Source: Calcarisporiella thermophila CBS 279.70
Lineage: Eukaryota; Fungi; Calcarisporiellomycota
Direction of reading: 5' to 3'
NCBI RefSeq assembly: GCF_041956535.1
Contig: NW_027192205.1
Location: forward strand, 532,877-596,876
DNA length: 64,000 bases
Of the stretch, positions 1-13,367 are shown piece by piece (the stretch's first letter is position 1; every line of letters begins with the position of its first letter). The translations under genes and the position numbers were made by a program. The notes beneath the pieces are model-generated. The model made no database searches. It saw only the letters and a program-made list of their open reading frames with translations, and was not told the DNA's origin.

Positions 1-926
1 CTCAGTGCTTTCTCTACTCTGAAAATATCAATTGGCGATACATAGTGAAAATAGCTTTATCTTGCTGTAAATAAAATACTACATGAATTCAAATATTATT
101 TGAACTAACGTATATTATGCGTTAGAGAGACGTGGAAAAAAATTTTTATAAAGATACCTTCTAGTTCTATGCACTCGATCACTATTTTTTTTCTTTCTCG
201 CCCGGCTTAGGTAATGGATCCCATAGGTTTGCTTACAATGGTATATATTGTGTAATGATTTGACTTTACGTATTTTTCTTATCTCTTATCTTTACAGCAA
301 ATTGGAATATTTTACCTTAGATAGATAGTTTTAGTTTTGTGATTTTTACGCCAGTTTTACATTGACCATTTTACGCCAACTTGTATTATGTAAAGAATGT
401 TTTCTGAAGTTCATAAATAGTCCTTGATTTTTTGTAAAGAATAAATTAATCAATCTTTTTCTTCTTGACTTACTTGATTTGGAATCTTTGGAACTCCGAT
501 CCCTCCAGAACTCGAGAAATCTTACATATTGTTTTTATATGAATTCAAGTATCCATAGACTCTATATTCTCGTTTCTTCCAAACTTTTTGACTCTTTTCC
601 GTTATAGTACCTGTTATACATAAAGTTGGTTTAGGAGGCATTGTTGTTCATATCTTAATAGGCCTTAAGGGGTTCTAGGTTAAAATAATAAAACTATAAA
701 AGAGTACGCAGAATGAAGACTTCGGCTGAACGTATGGAAAAAAAATATTAAATATTCCTTCGACCCAAGCGGTTGAAGATCACCCATCGGACGAAGCCAC
801 TAGGTTAGACCCAATATTAGCACCCTCACTTGCAAAATCCTAGACACCGAAGGCATACCAAACATGGTAGCTACCGGCGCGCCAAAACTCTAGTCATCCA
901 TAGGGGAGATAGGGGAGAGGTTCGAA

Positions 927-2721
927 TCAATCCCCCCAAGTGTCAAACTCGGCGGTTCCTGGATCGGGCAACTTCGCCGTTTGTGCAGTAATATCGCTCA
1001 ATCTTCCAACCACCTCAAACCACAGTGCCATTTTGTATCGGGGCTCCCCCTCCGAATCGCTCTGCACCACGATGGTTCCCGTCTTGGGATCCTGCGTGAA
1101 GATGCCGCGGTCGATTTGGACGATACGTTCTTCTGGCCGAAGTAGGAATTTGAGCTTCCAGTTCCGCCGCATTGGGTAGTCTTTTGTTCGCACTCGCACT
1201 AGGGTGCGTGTGTGGGTGGAGTTGCCGGGCAGTGGGACGTATTCAACACGGACGTTGGGCTTGTTCTTCGGGTCGAGAAGCGGGTTTTCCGAAGGCACCT
1301 CTGAAGGATCAATCCGGGCTTGCACGTAGTTGGAGTGGGGCCTGAAATGATGAGGTTGCTTTCGAAGATGCTTCGCAGAGGGCGCCATGGTCTCGAGCTG
1401 ACGGGAGGTCTCGGTGGAGCAGGAGCTCTCCTGGATCTTCTCCACTCCCAGCATTTCGGTCGAGTTGCTGTACGTGTTCAATGTGTGGGTGACGGTGCAC
1501 TTCACTGTCTTCGACTCCTTTCTCGGCTTCCCTTTCTTGGGCCTCATCGTCTTTTTCCTCGCTCCCTCGCTTGCTTCCCGCATGTAGTGCGAAATCGCCC
1601 CTGCATAGTGGGGCTGCCCATCCGGGTTGTTGAACGCCTGGCTGGCGTCCCACATCATCACCCCGCCCATGCTTTTAGGGAATTTATCCCGGGTCTCGGC
1701 AACCACCTGCTGCAGGCGATTCTGGTCGACGTAGCCTCCCCCAGCAGCGGAGGGTGAGCCTGGGACGCCAATGTAGACCTTGACGTTCTTGTTGATGGAT
1801 TTGGTGCGCGCCCAATTGTCCCAGTCTCCAAAGTTGTACGAGTTGCCTGCAGCCGAGCAGTAGTTGTTGTAGAACTGCACATAGACCATGTCAAACCAGC
1901 TATTACAAGAGGCATTAGATTAGATATAGTGTGGATCAAAATGAAATATAGAGCTTGAGGTATTTGCACTTACGCATTGTTCAGCGCTTGGTCCAAGAAT
2001 CCATCGGGGTATGGACACTGGGGAGCGGCTGCAATATAATATCGCCTGCCGCTTTCTTTATAGAGCCTACGGAGTTCGGTCACAAAGGCATCGTACCCAA
2101 CCGTGGATCCTCCTTCAATACTGATATCAAACAGAAACAACCAAGGAAACACCCCCAGGTTAGAGAAGTTGGGAGACAAAAATCCAGATAAACCTGTAGA
2201 TATATCACTCACTCGAGATCAATGCCATCCAGAACCGCATCGTCAAATGGACGTTTGGAATGTTTCCCTCCCAAGAACAAGTTCCACACCGTGTGAGCGA
2301 AGTCCTTTGCCTGCTGGTCGTTCGCGAACCCATACGCTCCTGCTGCCCCACCCATGGAGAGTAGAACGATTTTACCTTTCTCTTGGCAGGCTTTGATCCC
2401 TCGCCCGGTCTCTGGGCAGTGTCTCAGCTGCGTTCCCTCGTGGAATTCACCACACTGGTTGGAAAGATCGATCTCCGGCAGGCGATTTGTCCCTGCGTTA
2501 AACACGTTCATAAACGCGACGGTAAGCACAGAAACGGTGTCGTCCTGGCAATAGTGTGCGATAGGCTTTTGCCAATGCTGCTTATCCGACGGATTGGCGG
2601 CCCCATAACTGTTCTGGCCCCAGTAGTTGACTAGATTGCCGCTTGAGCTTATCTCAAAGGCAGTGGTTAAGCTAAAAAGACCGTGAACGAGTAGAAGCGC
2701 ATTCAGCGATCTATATTTCAT
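927..2721 (-). CDS. Secreted GH18 class III chitinase (Cts1/Chi1-like) with a C-terminal beta-rich domain; 3 exons (2721-2213, 2120-1974, 1899-927)
   Basis: Signal peptide [21 protein letters not shown]; YWGQNS; LLSMGGA. Splicing GT-AG intron 2212-2121 restores catalytic [27 protein letters not shown] and GGVMMWDAS motifs also present. Confidence 0.93.
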
Positions 2722-3676
2722 GGTGGCGACAAGGGTTTATGGAGGGGATCTCGTACAGTATATTTTTAGCAATATTAACCTCAAATAGGCCTCAGATATA
2801 CAAAGGATATATATACTTATATGTATATGGGTGTGTATATAAAATGGCACTTATAGGAAAAAGATGAGTTTGCGTTGGTAAATAGGAGTATAAGTTTATG
2901 AGAAAGAAATACGCTATATACGATGTCCTGTAGAAGAGAGGACAGTGCTAGAGAAATTGGATTAACCAAGTAAAGGAAGTTGGATAAAAAAAATAACGGT
3001 CTTTTTTGAAAGAAAAAGTCGCTTTGAGACGAGACTCGCGCTGATATAATGGAAAAAAGCAAAGTTTGTATTAGGAGATCATATGCCCTTGGGCAATATA
3101 CAAACACAACTGGCAAAGCCGACACTTAATTTCTGTGCTTTTTTCCTTCACATTCGTTGGTCTTTAAAATTTCAATGGAGTGGCTTCAAATAAGCCGGTT
3201 AGGTGAGATTATGAAATTTCATCGTGATTTTCCTTCAAATTCAAAAATGAACCATCGTACTAAACTGAAATCCTAACTTGCTACATATTCCACATGGCAG
3301 ATCAAGAAAATTAAGTTTACGAAGGATGATGTCCCTTTATCCCTTTTTCTTTCCCTCTACCTTTGGCAAGCGCTAAGTTTGTATCGATCTTGTTTTTTAA
3401 TATGTACTATGATATGTATGTAATATGTATTGATTAAACATGATGACAACCTGTATCATCTAAATAGTAAAGGAGAAGAAATAATAATGATGAAGAAAAT
3501 ACTGGGACAAAGCCCATGGTTATAAATCGTACACAATATGAAATCAAATGGAAACAAAATTTAGGTTCATAAATGAGCATAAAATCAAGTGAGTAAAAAA
3601 AAAAATACTAAATGGAACAGTGCAAAAAATGTGGAGGCAAAAGAAAAAGTACAAAATTGCTCTATGCTCTAAAGCT

Positions 3677-4894
3677 CTAGAAAGAGGAGGAGGATGAGTC
3701 GCTTTCAGAGCCCGACTCGAATTCCCTCTCCAAGATATACTTGATGGCATCTTCAACATGCTCGAGGACGGCGTGGGCTGGGATATTGGGATCGTTTTCA
3801 CGGGCAATGCCCGTCTTGACGAGAATTCCATGCCAGTTTGCGGCTCTTGCGCCAGCAATGTCGGAGGCGGGGTTGTCGCCGATGGCATAAACATTGGTGG
3901 GGGCCTGGGCGAGCTGCACACCATGGTCCTTCAGGTGGTTGCACATCGCCCTCTTAGCGTATTCGTAGGTGATAGCGTGGGGCTTGCCGAACTGCGTGTA
4001 TTCCATCTCGCGACCGGTCGTCCACTTGAACAGGGCGCCTAGAGCGAGGCGGAAAGCGCCTTGACCGTAGCGAGGAAGGGGAAAGTCCGTTGACCAAATG
4101 ATATCTGGGTTCGAGAAGTAGATTGGAACTTGCTGGGTGGGCTTGTCGGTATCTTGTGCGGTACCCACGTAGCCGCCTTTCGAGGTGAGCACGTCGACGA
4201 CAATCTGCATGTCGCAACCCCAGTCGCGCGAGTCGTGGAAGCAGAGGACCGCAGCAATCGGCCGAGTCATGAAGTCGTACTTGATGTGCGAGTTTTCCGC
4301 GGCAGCCGCCTCATACTCCGGGTGAATTTTGCGATACGGCCACACGGTGTTATTCCAAGCCACAATGTCGTCGGGGACCGCCACATGCTTGAAGCCGTAG
4401 TCGTGGGCCACCTTTCGGCAGGCAAGACCCTCGCCACCGACCACGAGCACGAGCTCGTCCTTATACTTTTCGACCAGCCCCTTCATCGGAGTGTGGGATT
4501 GCACCACCTGGGTTTCGCTGACCGGGACGCCGAGCTGCTTGCTCAGCTTCTTGGCCCTCTCAGCCTCACCTACGCCTCCGCCGTTGGTGATGAAGACGTA
4601 TGGGATGCGCATTTTGTAGGGGTTATGTCCGTCAAGGATGCGGAGTGCCCGCTTGGCCTCGGGCAGCACAGTTCCTCCGCGTAAAAGAACACCATCAATG
4701 TCGAAAGCGATGGCTGCCTGGGTGTACCATTCGGGCTGAGGCTGTCTTACGGCCAGAGAGGTAATACTTGTGCGTCGGTCGAAATCATATTTGCGCACCT
4801 GGAGTGTCTCGTGATCGTATTGATTGCTATGGCGACGGCCGCGAGGGGCGGGGAGTTCAGTGAGAGGGTGGAATTGAAGCGTTGCAGATGCCAT
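3677..4894 (-). CDS. HAD-superfamily hydrolase, subfamily IIA (CECR5/HDHD5-like), intronless
   Basis: FDIDGVL motif I, FITNGGG, QSHTP, FSNPDIIW, FGKP, AIGDNPASDIAGA, LVKTG. Confidence 0.92.
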   Translation of the reverse strand: MASATLQFHPLTELPAPRGRRHSNQYDHETLQVRKYDFDRRTSITSLAVRQPQPEWYTQAAIAFDIDGVLLRGGTVLPEAKRALRILDGHNPYKMRIPYVFITNGGGVGEAERAKKLSKQLGVPVSETQVVQSHTPMKGLVEKYKDELVLVVGGEGLACRKVAHDYGFKHVAVPDDIVAWNNTVWPYRKIHPEYEAAAAENSHIKYDFMTRPIAAVLCFHDSRDWGCDMQIVVDVLTSKGGYVGTAQDTDKPTQQVPIYFSNPDIIWSTDFPLPRYGQGAFRLALGALFKWTTGREMEYTQFGKPHAITYEYAKRAMCNHLKDHGVQLAQAPTNVYAIGDNPASDIAGARAANWHGILVKTGIARENDPNIPAHAVLEHVEDAIKYILEREFESGSESDSSSSSF

Positions 4895-6649
4895 TGTGAT
4901 ATATATGTGTGTTGGGGGGTGTATATGGATGAGGATGAGGAGTGTAGATGTGAATGGATGTGAGTATGGGGGATGGAATGAAAGATGTCAAAGATGGTAG
5001 TGGATTTTGCTGATGATGGGGGAGACCTCGCGGAGGAGGCCGGCTCTTTTATATGGGAGACCTGGTGTACTTTATCTATAAGATAAAAAGAGTTGATAGG
5101 GTCCGTGTACTAGGTCCTATACCGAAACAGAACCCATTTCCTACATCGATAAGTGTCCGACCAGTCAAAGGGGAAGCTACCTCGAAATGTCAATGGGAGA
5201 TAAACATGAAACAACGAGGGGAATGACATAATTTCTTTATCAAAACCACTCATTAGTGCGGAACCGAGAAATCAAACGAGGTTCCTTCTAAATTAAATCA
5301 AACTCCTGAAGCGAGACCGTATGTTTAACGGGGGAGTTAATATGTAAAAAGAAATCGATAACTACGTAGCGACAAGAGTTTTGTCAAACATAGTTTAGAG
5401 CGGGTGTTGCTCGACTCCAACCCTTAAATTACAAAGGCCATTGTCTTTTGTGCTGTCGAAGCGTCGTCAAATCACCCTAATCCCTCATCGTTTTATCCCC
5501 TCATTCCGCCCTATCCTTTTTTCATCATTTTCTCCAATATGTTAGACAAAAATAATCTCTCGTAGTTTTGCCTCGCTTCCGGAAACTTATCCTTTTTCTT
5601 CTTTTCCCAATTGCGCTAATGGATAGCCTCCTTCTAATAATTGCAGCATTCTTTGATTTCTTGGTGCAATTAGCGCTTATCTTCAAAAAATCGGCCCGTG
5701 GACCAACGGGAATGAAGCAGCACAAATTTAATTTCTCAAGCTTTATTGAGACTTTTGGTAGATAAAACATTTGAAGCAGGAAGAGCACAAGTAGGAAGTG
5801 GGGAGATAAGAAAAAAAAAATACTATGATGATGACGGTGTGAGATAAAGCTATTTTACAAAACAAGTTAAAAAGACCCTTTGACGTTTCAAAGAAATAAC
5901 GCTCAAATGAACCGTTACATCACTATTAAGTTATGATGCAAGGGTCTTGACATATGCAGCCATCGGCTGAAATGAAATTGATTCTGGTTGAGGTTAGCTA
6001 ACTGAACTTCATCTCTTTTATGCACGTCTCTCTCAATGTCATCCTCCTTCCAGCATGAACTCCTGCCAACTTGAGCAAAGGGGCGGTTCCGGATCCTTAA
6101 CAGCCCAAGTTTCCCCACTGCAACCGCCGAGACTTGATCGCTGCAAGGACACCATAGGTGGGGCTTCGGTGCGCCCATCGAAACGGAGCTCTAGCGACGA
6201 AGAGAGCTTCAACAGCCATCGCAGGCCCTAAACAGGGTGCTCTTTGCTAATCTCCATCGAGTATAGAATGATAGGGTCCTGGCTGCCTTTTGAACTTATC
6301 TTATGCCATCGGTCTAAAGGATTCGTGCACAAGCCCGAAAAATCGGGAAAACCAATTAGCACGCAGTCCGATCCGTGGCCCAAGAAATTTGACATTTGAT
6401 AGGTTTTTCACGTGTTTCCATTTTTATAGGTTACGTCAAAAATCTATTCCAACATTATCAACATGCGATCCAAAAAAATGAAAGGGGAGAAAACAGCATT
6501 TACATTAAAATAAAATAATAGGTTATGAATAAGCTTGTATTCAGGAGGAGAAAAAACACACAGAGCGATAATAAAAAATTCCCTAAATTACAAAAATAAT
6601 AAGCACATACTACTAAGTCGAAGGAACGACTCAAACGCAGCCACGGATA

Positions 6650-8459
6650 CTACCGCCGCCGACCTGTGGAAAAGTGGGTTGGTTCTCGATTCAGATCGGA
6701 GGAGCGAGTGTAATGATGATGTTGGCCAATATCCTTCAGGTGGCCGAACCGCTCCTGGAAGCGAATCAAATCGCGCGTGAGTTGGTCGAGCATTTCCAGA
6801 CTGCTCAGTTCTTCGGCTGTAGCATTACTATCCCCCTTTGGAGACTCTTTCGATGTGAAGGCCCCTGCTTCTGCGGCCGATTCGCTTTTTGGTAAAGAAT
6901 CGAGTGGATCATTCGATGTAGCTCGTTCAGGGGTTGCGGTCGATGTTGTCGCAGCCGCTGTGACCGATGCTGACGTGGGGGTGGGGGTCCCTCGGGTAAT
7001 TAGAATGCTTGGGGGAGACACGGCCGGTGATTCTGCTGTAGGTCCCTCACGTTCCTCTTCCATTCCAACTCTTGTGCCGGGCTTCCCTCTCCGTTTTGTC
7101 GCTGCTTTTCTTCCCTTTGAATGACTACTCATCTTCTCCTCGCTATCACTTCCGGTATCCGTCCCCAAGAGGTATTTCCGAGTGGTCGCCATCTCGACTT
7201 GTACGCTTGTGATATAGTCGAGCAACAGTTTCGCCCGCTTGTTCATATCGTTGAAGGTCATCTTTGCAGAGGGATAACGCACTTTGGCGGGCGGTGAAGG
7301 GGCGCGTGCATCAGGGGCACCGGAGGAACTTTCGGGCTGGGGAGTGGACGTCCGTGAATTTGTGTTTCGCTTAGGGGCGCGCTTTCCAAACTCACCACCC
7401 CCTCTTCGCCTGCCTTGCGGCTTTTGGGGAGGAGGCTCGTCCAATATTTCCTTCGAGGCTCGCCCATCGTCCCCGCCCAATTCGTCCTTGACCTCATTTT
7501 CCATCCTCGTGTCAGCGGGGTCGTCGGGGGAAGCTCCGCGTGATTTTACCCTGGGGTTGTCGCTATCCGCGGTTCTTCGCTTCCGCTTTGCCGGTCGCTC
7601 TCCCTCCATCTCACTTCCAGTGCTTCCCATTTTATCCTCCTCTCCGAGACTCGGTGACCCTAGCGGCGTCGGACTTGAGGACCGCGAACGCTTACCCCCA
7701 ATGACATCGTCCACAAACTTGGAGGTGATCGTCTTCTTGGGATATTTCGCCGACAAATTTGAGTCACCTTCCTTATTGTCCACCTCTGGCGCGTATAATG
7801 GCTTGTTCTCTTCCTCCACTGCAATCTGTAACTCTTCAAGAGAGGCGCTGGAGGCTTTTTTCCTCCGTTTGTTTGAGCGAGTGTCGAGATCTTGCCGTGC
7901 GGATTTGGTCAGATTTTCGGGGAGCGGCAGAGCCGCATCTCGGCTATTCATGGTGCTCCGTTTTTTCGTTGGGGATTTTTGCTGTTTGGCATCTCGATAG
8001 GTGTGTCTTTTTCTTCTGCAAACAATCGCCGATCATTAAATGGGCAAACCTCCCAGCAATTCACCGGAGAAATGAAAAACTTACCCCGAGTTTCCCACAC
8101 GCACCACAATGTGGTTTTCAGGCCGGCATTCTTCGCAATAATACATGTCCGGAATCCCCTTCTCTGACACAATTCCAACGCAGATGCAATGCTGCCATAC
8201 TTTGCATTCCTCACACTGAATCATGATTCCTTCGTGATCTGAGGCGATATACAATCCCATCAGGGGTCACCTTTAACATTAGCAATTGGAGAAAGGATGA
8301 ATACTTACGCACTTCCCCACATATACACCGTGTGAAGCCCCCATCTTCACCTTCCATCTCCTCATCATCACCTTCCCCGCCGACATTTTGCTGCTGATCC
8401 TCGCTCGGCGATGCTTCCGGTAACATCTCTTCATAATCATCTTGTGGCTCATCTGCCAT
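6650..8459 (-). CDS. CTI6: PHD-finger protein Cti6 (Rpd3L-associated); at least 3 exons, 5' end may extend upstream
   Basis: Spliced translation gives PHD finger TRCICGE..IMIQCEECKVWQHCICVG..YYCEECRP, then KKRSTMNSRDA, DMNKRAKLLLDYITSVQVEMA and LEMLDQLTRDLIRFQERFG, which are Cti6-type segments. Confidence 0.82.
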
Positions 8460-9756
8460 TACTCGGTGGTAATAGTTTCCGCGACTCTGCTGTCGAATGG
8501 TGTGTGAATTTCGGTAACTGCGTCGCTGTGAAACAAGGGATGCTAATAGCAGTCAAAAGAGAGTATAATCAATGTCAAGTAAGGTAAACAGATAATGGAA
8601 AGAGGCATGAGAAAGGAGGTACTGAAAACTATAGTATTTGCTCAATCACACTATAGTTGCAAGGAAATGGCTGAGGGCGTGAAAATGCTGATTGAGAGAA
8701 AGGAATGCAGATGCCCATTGCCTTTAGCAAGAAAGCTATTCAAACAAATGCTTACCCATTATTTAACAATAAATATGGGAGGAGGAGGGCAAAACGAATC
8801 GGAAATCTGGTAATGCCAATAATCTCCACAAAGGTAGAAATGATAAGGAAGACTTGGGCTGGTAAAAACGAAATGGCTTGCAAGTGAGAGAGAGAGAGCC
8901 AGTGTTTTCTCAGCACAAATCTAGCATTAACGGAAAGAGTAGAGAAGAAGGGTTAACATGATGAACAGAAAAAAATTAGATAAACACTCCCCAATCATAG
9001 GGAGGTTTTCTAGGAAGAGCAACTTACAGCCTTGAATGGAATTGAGCTAATACTAGGAAGACAGCAGTGTAGGAAGAGGGATTCCAAGAAATTGCGAGTC
9101 AAGATAAGAAGGAGGCTGAAGCGAAAGTGAATCTAGAATAGAGAACAAGCTAAATTCACGCGTTTAATCCTTCACTCACTCTTTGTTACTCCTCTGTTCA
9201 CAGGTGCGCAGAGAAAGAAAAGAGAGAGGAAAAAAAATAGGCGATACATTGTGACGTCACAGTGACTGCTTTTACTCGATTCAAATAATCCAAAGATCGA
9301 AACCTCATGTTTAACCTTGACTGCTGTTTCCCCAATTCACGTTTCTCTGCACAATATTTTCCCGCTATGAGGGGGAAGAAACTCGTCAATACTACCCCTC
9401 CTTCCCAAACCTCTGTTTTCTTGGCAAATTAAAACAAAGACATTTACATTAATTATATGATGGTAGCAATAATCTGAATTTCAAATTATCTTAAGATTAA
9501 TAATATAGTCATTCGGCCCAGCATCCTTTAGGAAACTTAATATTCTTATAACAGCCGTTATACACCTAAAGAGGGCATGGACAAAAATAGATGGAATACA
9601 TGCTTGACTTAGACAATTACTTCAGGTCTACCCATATTGCAAATAATGGTACCCATGTATAACCTGATAATTGATGATCTCAACTAATTTCACTAGTTGA
9701 CGTTGAATTATTAAATAAATGACATTTTCAAATTTATTGCATGCTTATTGATCAAA

Positions 9757-12700
9757 TTACTCCTTTTGCCATAGCCCACCACATATGCACGTTCTCACAA
9801 AGCCTAAATACCACCGCGTTCGTCCCGTCGGATCACTCCATTCATCTTCAGCTTCCCCTTCGCCTCCTTCCCCCTCTCCTGCAGTCTCGCCCTCCACCAT
9901 TCCGCTAGTTACCACAAAATTCGCTGCAGCAGGATCGATTCCGCGAGCCGCGTTTGCTGCTGCGGCTGCGACCACAGAAGGAGTTGCAACCGTGTGTTGC
10001 TTGCGAGCGGGGGGGCGCTGGTGTGGAAGGATCAAGGCAAGTCGATGGCACTTGGTGCAACGACGGAGAGGCCGGCCGGGAAGTAGAAGGACTTTTCCGA
10101 TGGTGTCGAGGGGTTGTTTTACATGTACACTGGAGGGATTTCCGGAGGTGGAGAGACCACTTGAGGCTGGGAAGAGGTCAAGCCATGCCGAGTCATAGAA
10201 GCCCAACACAGAACGATCAAATGCATCGGAAGCGTCGAGTAACTCTTTCAGAGGGGAGAGGAGTGGAAAGAGTTGGGAAGGAATTCTCGCCCGAACGAGT
10301 AAAGTCGCCTCCGCCTGATGCCGCTGCTTTTCATTCTTCATGGGAGTTTCGAGCAGAGTATCGATTTTTTCTAAGAAATGAATCATCCCGTCGATACGCA
10401 CAGGGTGACCCTCAATCACGCCTCCCAAGTGGGTTCGTAGATGCTCCATTAGTATCTTCTTCTCTGCGATTCCACCTGATGTTTTGCCACCGGTTTCTTT
10501 TACGAAGGCTTGAAACTCTTTCGCCAGTATAAGCGCTCGAAGAAGACATTTCCTTGTTGAGCCATGGCAAAGGAGTGAAAGATTTGTTGCTCGGTCAGTA
10601 TCCCAATGGGCACTACGCGTTAGCTGCTGTTCAAGTGGCGCATCATTAAAACTTCGCTTACGCAGGTGAAAGAACACATGCGCATCCTCGAAGAGTTGGC
10701 CTGCACAACTAAGGAGCCAGGTAGTCAGGGCAAAGAGAGACCAAAGCGAGTCTAGCAAACAATTTGGTCATGACAAATTATCATCAACGAAAATGATCCC
10801 GGATATATATAAATGTTACCTTCATCAAAAGTAAGCTGCTTTCCGTGGGCAGTTTTCTCACCTACCGCGTCCGATTGAATTGTAAATAGCTGCTGTATAT
10901 CAGTTAGATCTGCCGTACAACTACTCATGAATGCTTCGTAAATGGCCGTAATATGAAGTGCAGCCATCACGTTCACGTTTTGAGCCGTTCTTCTTTTCAG
11001 CACTCTAAATACCAACACACACAGACCGTACAGACATCCCACCCTTGATAGCTGGATCATTTCTGAATCCATGTCCTTTTCCCCCAAAATATTAAGATAA
11101 TTCGCATACACCGCTTCAAGGATTTGCTCAACTATTCCGGGCGTATTTTCCTCAAAATGCAAGAGCTGCCATACTAGATCGGTTGCATCTACGTTGTTGA
11201 GTAGGCTAAGGGTTAGCCCCTTTATCATCTCATTCGCATCATTTTCCTCTAGGGTATTGAGGGGGGTTCGAGTGAGAAAGCATAGCGTACTGACAGATGT
11301 TACTACAGCCATGAGTTTAGAATTTGGAGAGGTGCCGATGTTGGTTGCAAATTCTGGCCCTATTCCAACCAAAAAATTGATTACAGAGTCACAAGAGAGT
11401 GTGGATGACTTTAATTACCTGCTAACTCGAGCTTCTTACTAGAGGCCTCGCCAAAATACCCGATCTTTTTTTCGACCTGTAATGTCATCAACTCGCTCAA
11501 TCTATCAATACAGAAGATTTAGCATATGGAAGATCTCGAAAAGAGCCATTTTTATATTATACTTTGATTCGACCACATAAATCTTCACATTTCCGTCACT
11601 AAGACCCACCAATAATTCACCCTTTTCACTCCTATTAAGGCTTGTTACTAAGGTCTCAGGAAAGATTGCAGAATCTACAAAAACGAAATTCTATATTATA
11701 CAAAAATAAATCATGTAAATAGCAGTCCAAAGAAGGGGTAAAATAAAAGTAAAATTATACAAATACCGGTTTTGGCGAAGTGGCAATGTTGTCATTCCGT
11801 TTCGACGTTAACTGTTGGAAGTTGTTATGCAGTAGAAAAGAGTTGGCAGACAGTTCCCAAACAGCAAGTGCGCTCTGGTAAATCATCTGTTCCTTTTTTT
11901 CCTCTGTTTTAATGCCTGAATCACACACAACCTCAAATTATCCACCTGCACTTTGCGAAAACAAAAGTCTTATATGTCTCACCCTTTTTTTGTGCAGTGG
12001 CAATGATCACTCGCACGCTCTCATTTTGACCACACAGTACTAATAAATCGGTGACAGCTATTCGGGAGATATCCGAGGGTGGAGTCGTATCGTCTGTGGG
12101 AAGAGTGAGAGACAGCCGGGAACAAGGAGTGCACTTTAAACCTATGCTCGGAGGTTTGGTAAACTAACAAGGAAATCGTCATTCATATTATTATATATAT
12201 GTTACCCTCTTCCGTCATTAGAAAATCCACAGTGATTTCAAATAGATACACCATTTGAGGCAAAAAATTGGCACAGTGGAGAGAGAGGTATATTCGACCC
12301 TCTATTGAAAGGAATATCAATAAGCTAATTGGCTTCGATGCGGCACGTTGTAAATACCAACCGTCATTCATAGTGATATTGGCGTGCGATATTCTGCGTG
12401 AAAAAGCTGATGGGTAACAGGGTAGTGGGATTTCGATGATTTTTTTTGTGAATGAGGTCCCTTCGTTTTGATAAAACAGCAGAAGCTGTTTTCAAGTCAA
12501 AAGTGTGAAGTTAAACAGAAATACACAAAAAAAAGAACATCATTGCTCCAATTGCTAACATTACCTTGCCATCAATGGTCACTACCAAAAATGCTAAATA
12601 TCCGAATGGATTGCGCGGTCCCCTAAATGGGGCACGTTGATAGACTGTCTTGACATTATTATCCGTATCTCCATTTTTCAGATTGATAGCAGTGTACTAC

Positions 12701-13367
12701 AAAGGGCATTACAATATAGGATGCGGGTTAGCCTTAGGATACTCAGCCCAGTTGTATTATTCCTAGGGGAGAAACTTACCATGCGATCTGTGTTTAACCA
12801 CTCAAATGCAACACTTCGGCAGTGCAATTTAGTGTTGTAAGCCGGCCGCCAGTCATTGACGAATTCCTTCATTTCCCAGAGGACCAACGCACCAGATTCA
12901 TCTATAGAGACAAGGTGATTGCCGCGTTGACTCCATCGAAGAAATGTGATAGCATTTCGAACATGATATTTTTGGCTCAGCTCAATGGGATAGGTTGACG
13001 AGAAGGAGAGTGATGGTTTAGTCGAGGTGAAATGAAGTGTAGGGACTATGATGTTTATACTGCAAATAAATCGTAGGCTAAGACTTTAGCTACTAGAGTA
13101 ATATGGATACTGGTTTGAAGAACATACCGAGAATATTGAACTGGCTTCGTTCGTTTACGTTTTGAGGGGAGCTTGACAGAGGGAGGAGGTGCAAAAGCAA
13201 TAGCGTTAAAGGGAGACCATGCAACACAACTAAATTCATTGTAAAAAGTTAGCATCTCTCTAAACATCCGGGGAAGATATAATCTGGACTGAGCCGTATT
13301 GATTGCGCACTCCAAAAGTTTACCTGTATTGTTGCTCGTAACAGAGCTGGTTGTAGAAATGATCCAT
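9757..13367 (-). CDS. MED16: Mediator subunit Med16/Sin4, multi-exon
   Basis: N-terminal beta-propeller exons (CVAWSPFNAIA; LRWSQRGNHLVSIDESGALVLWEMKEFVNDW); C-terminal LRRCTKC...TCICGGLW zinc-ribbon typical of Med16. Confidence 0.85.
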
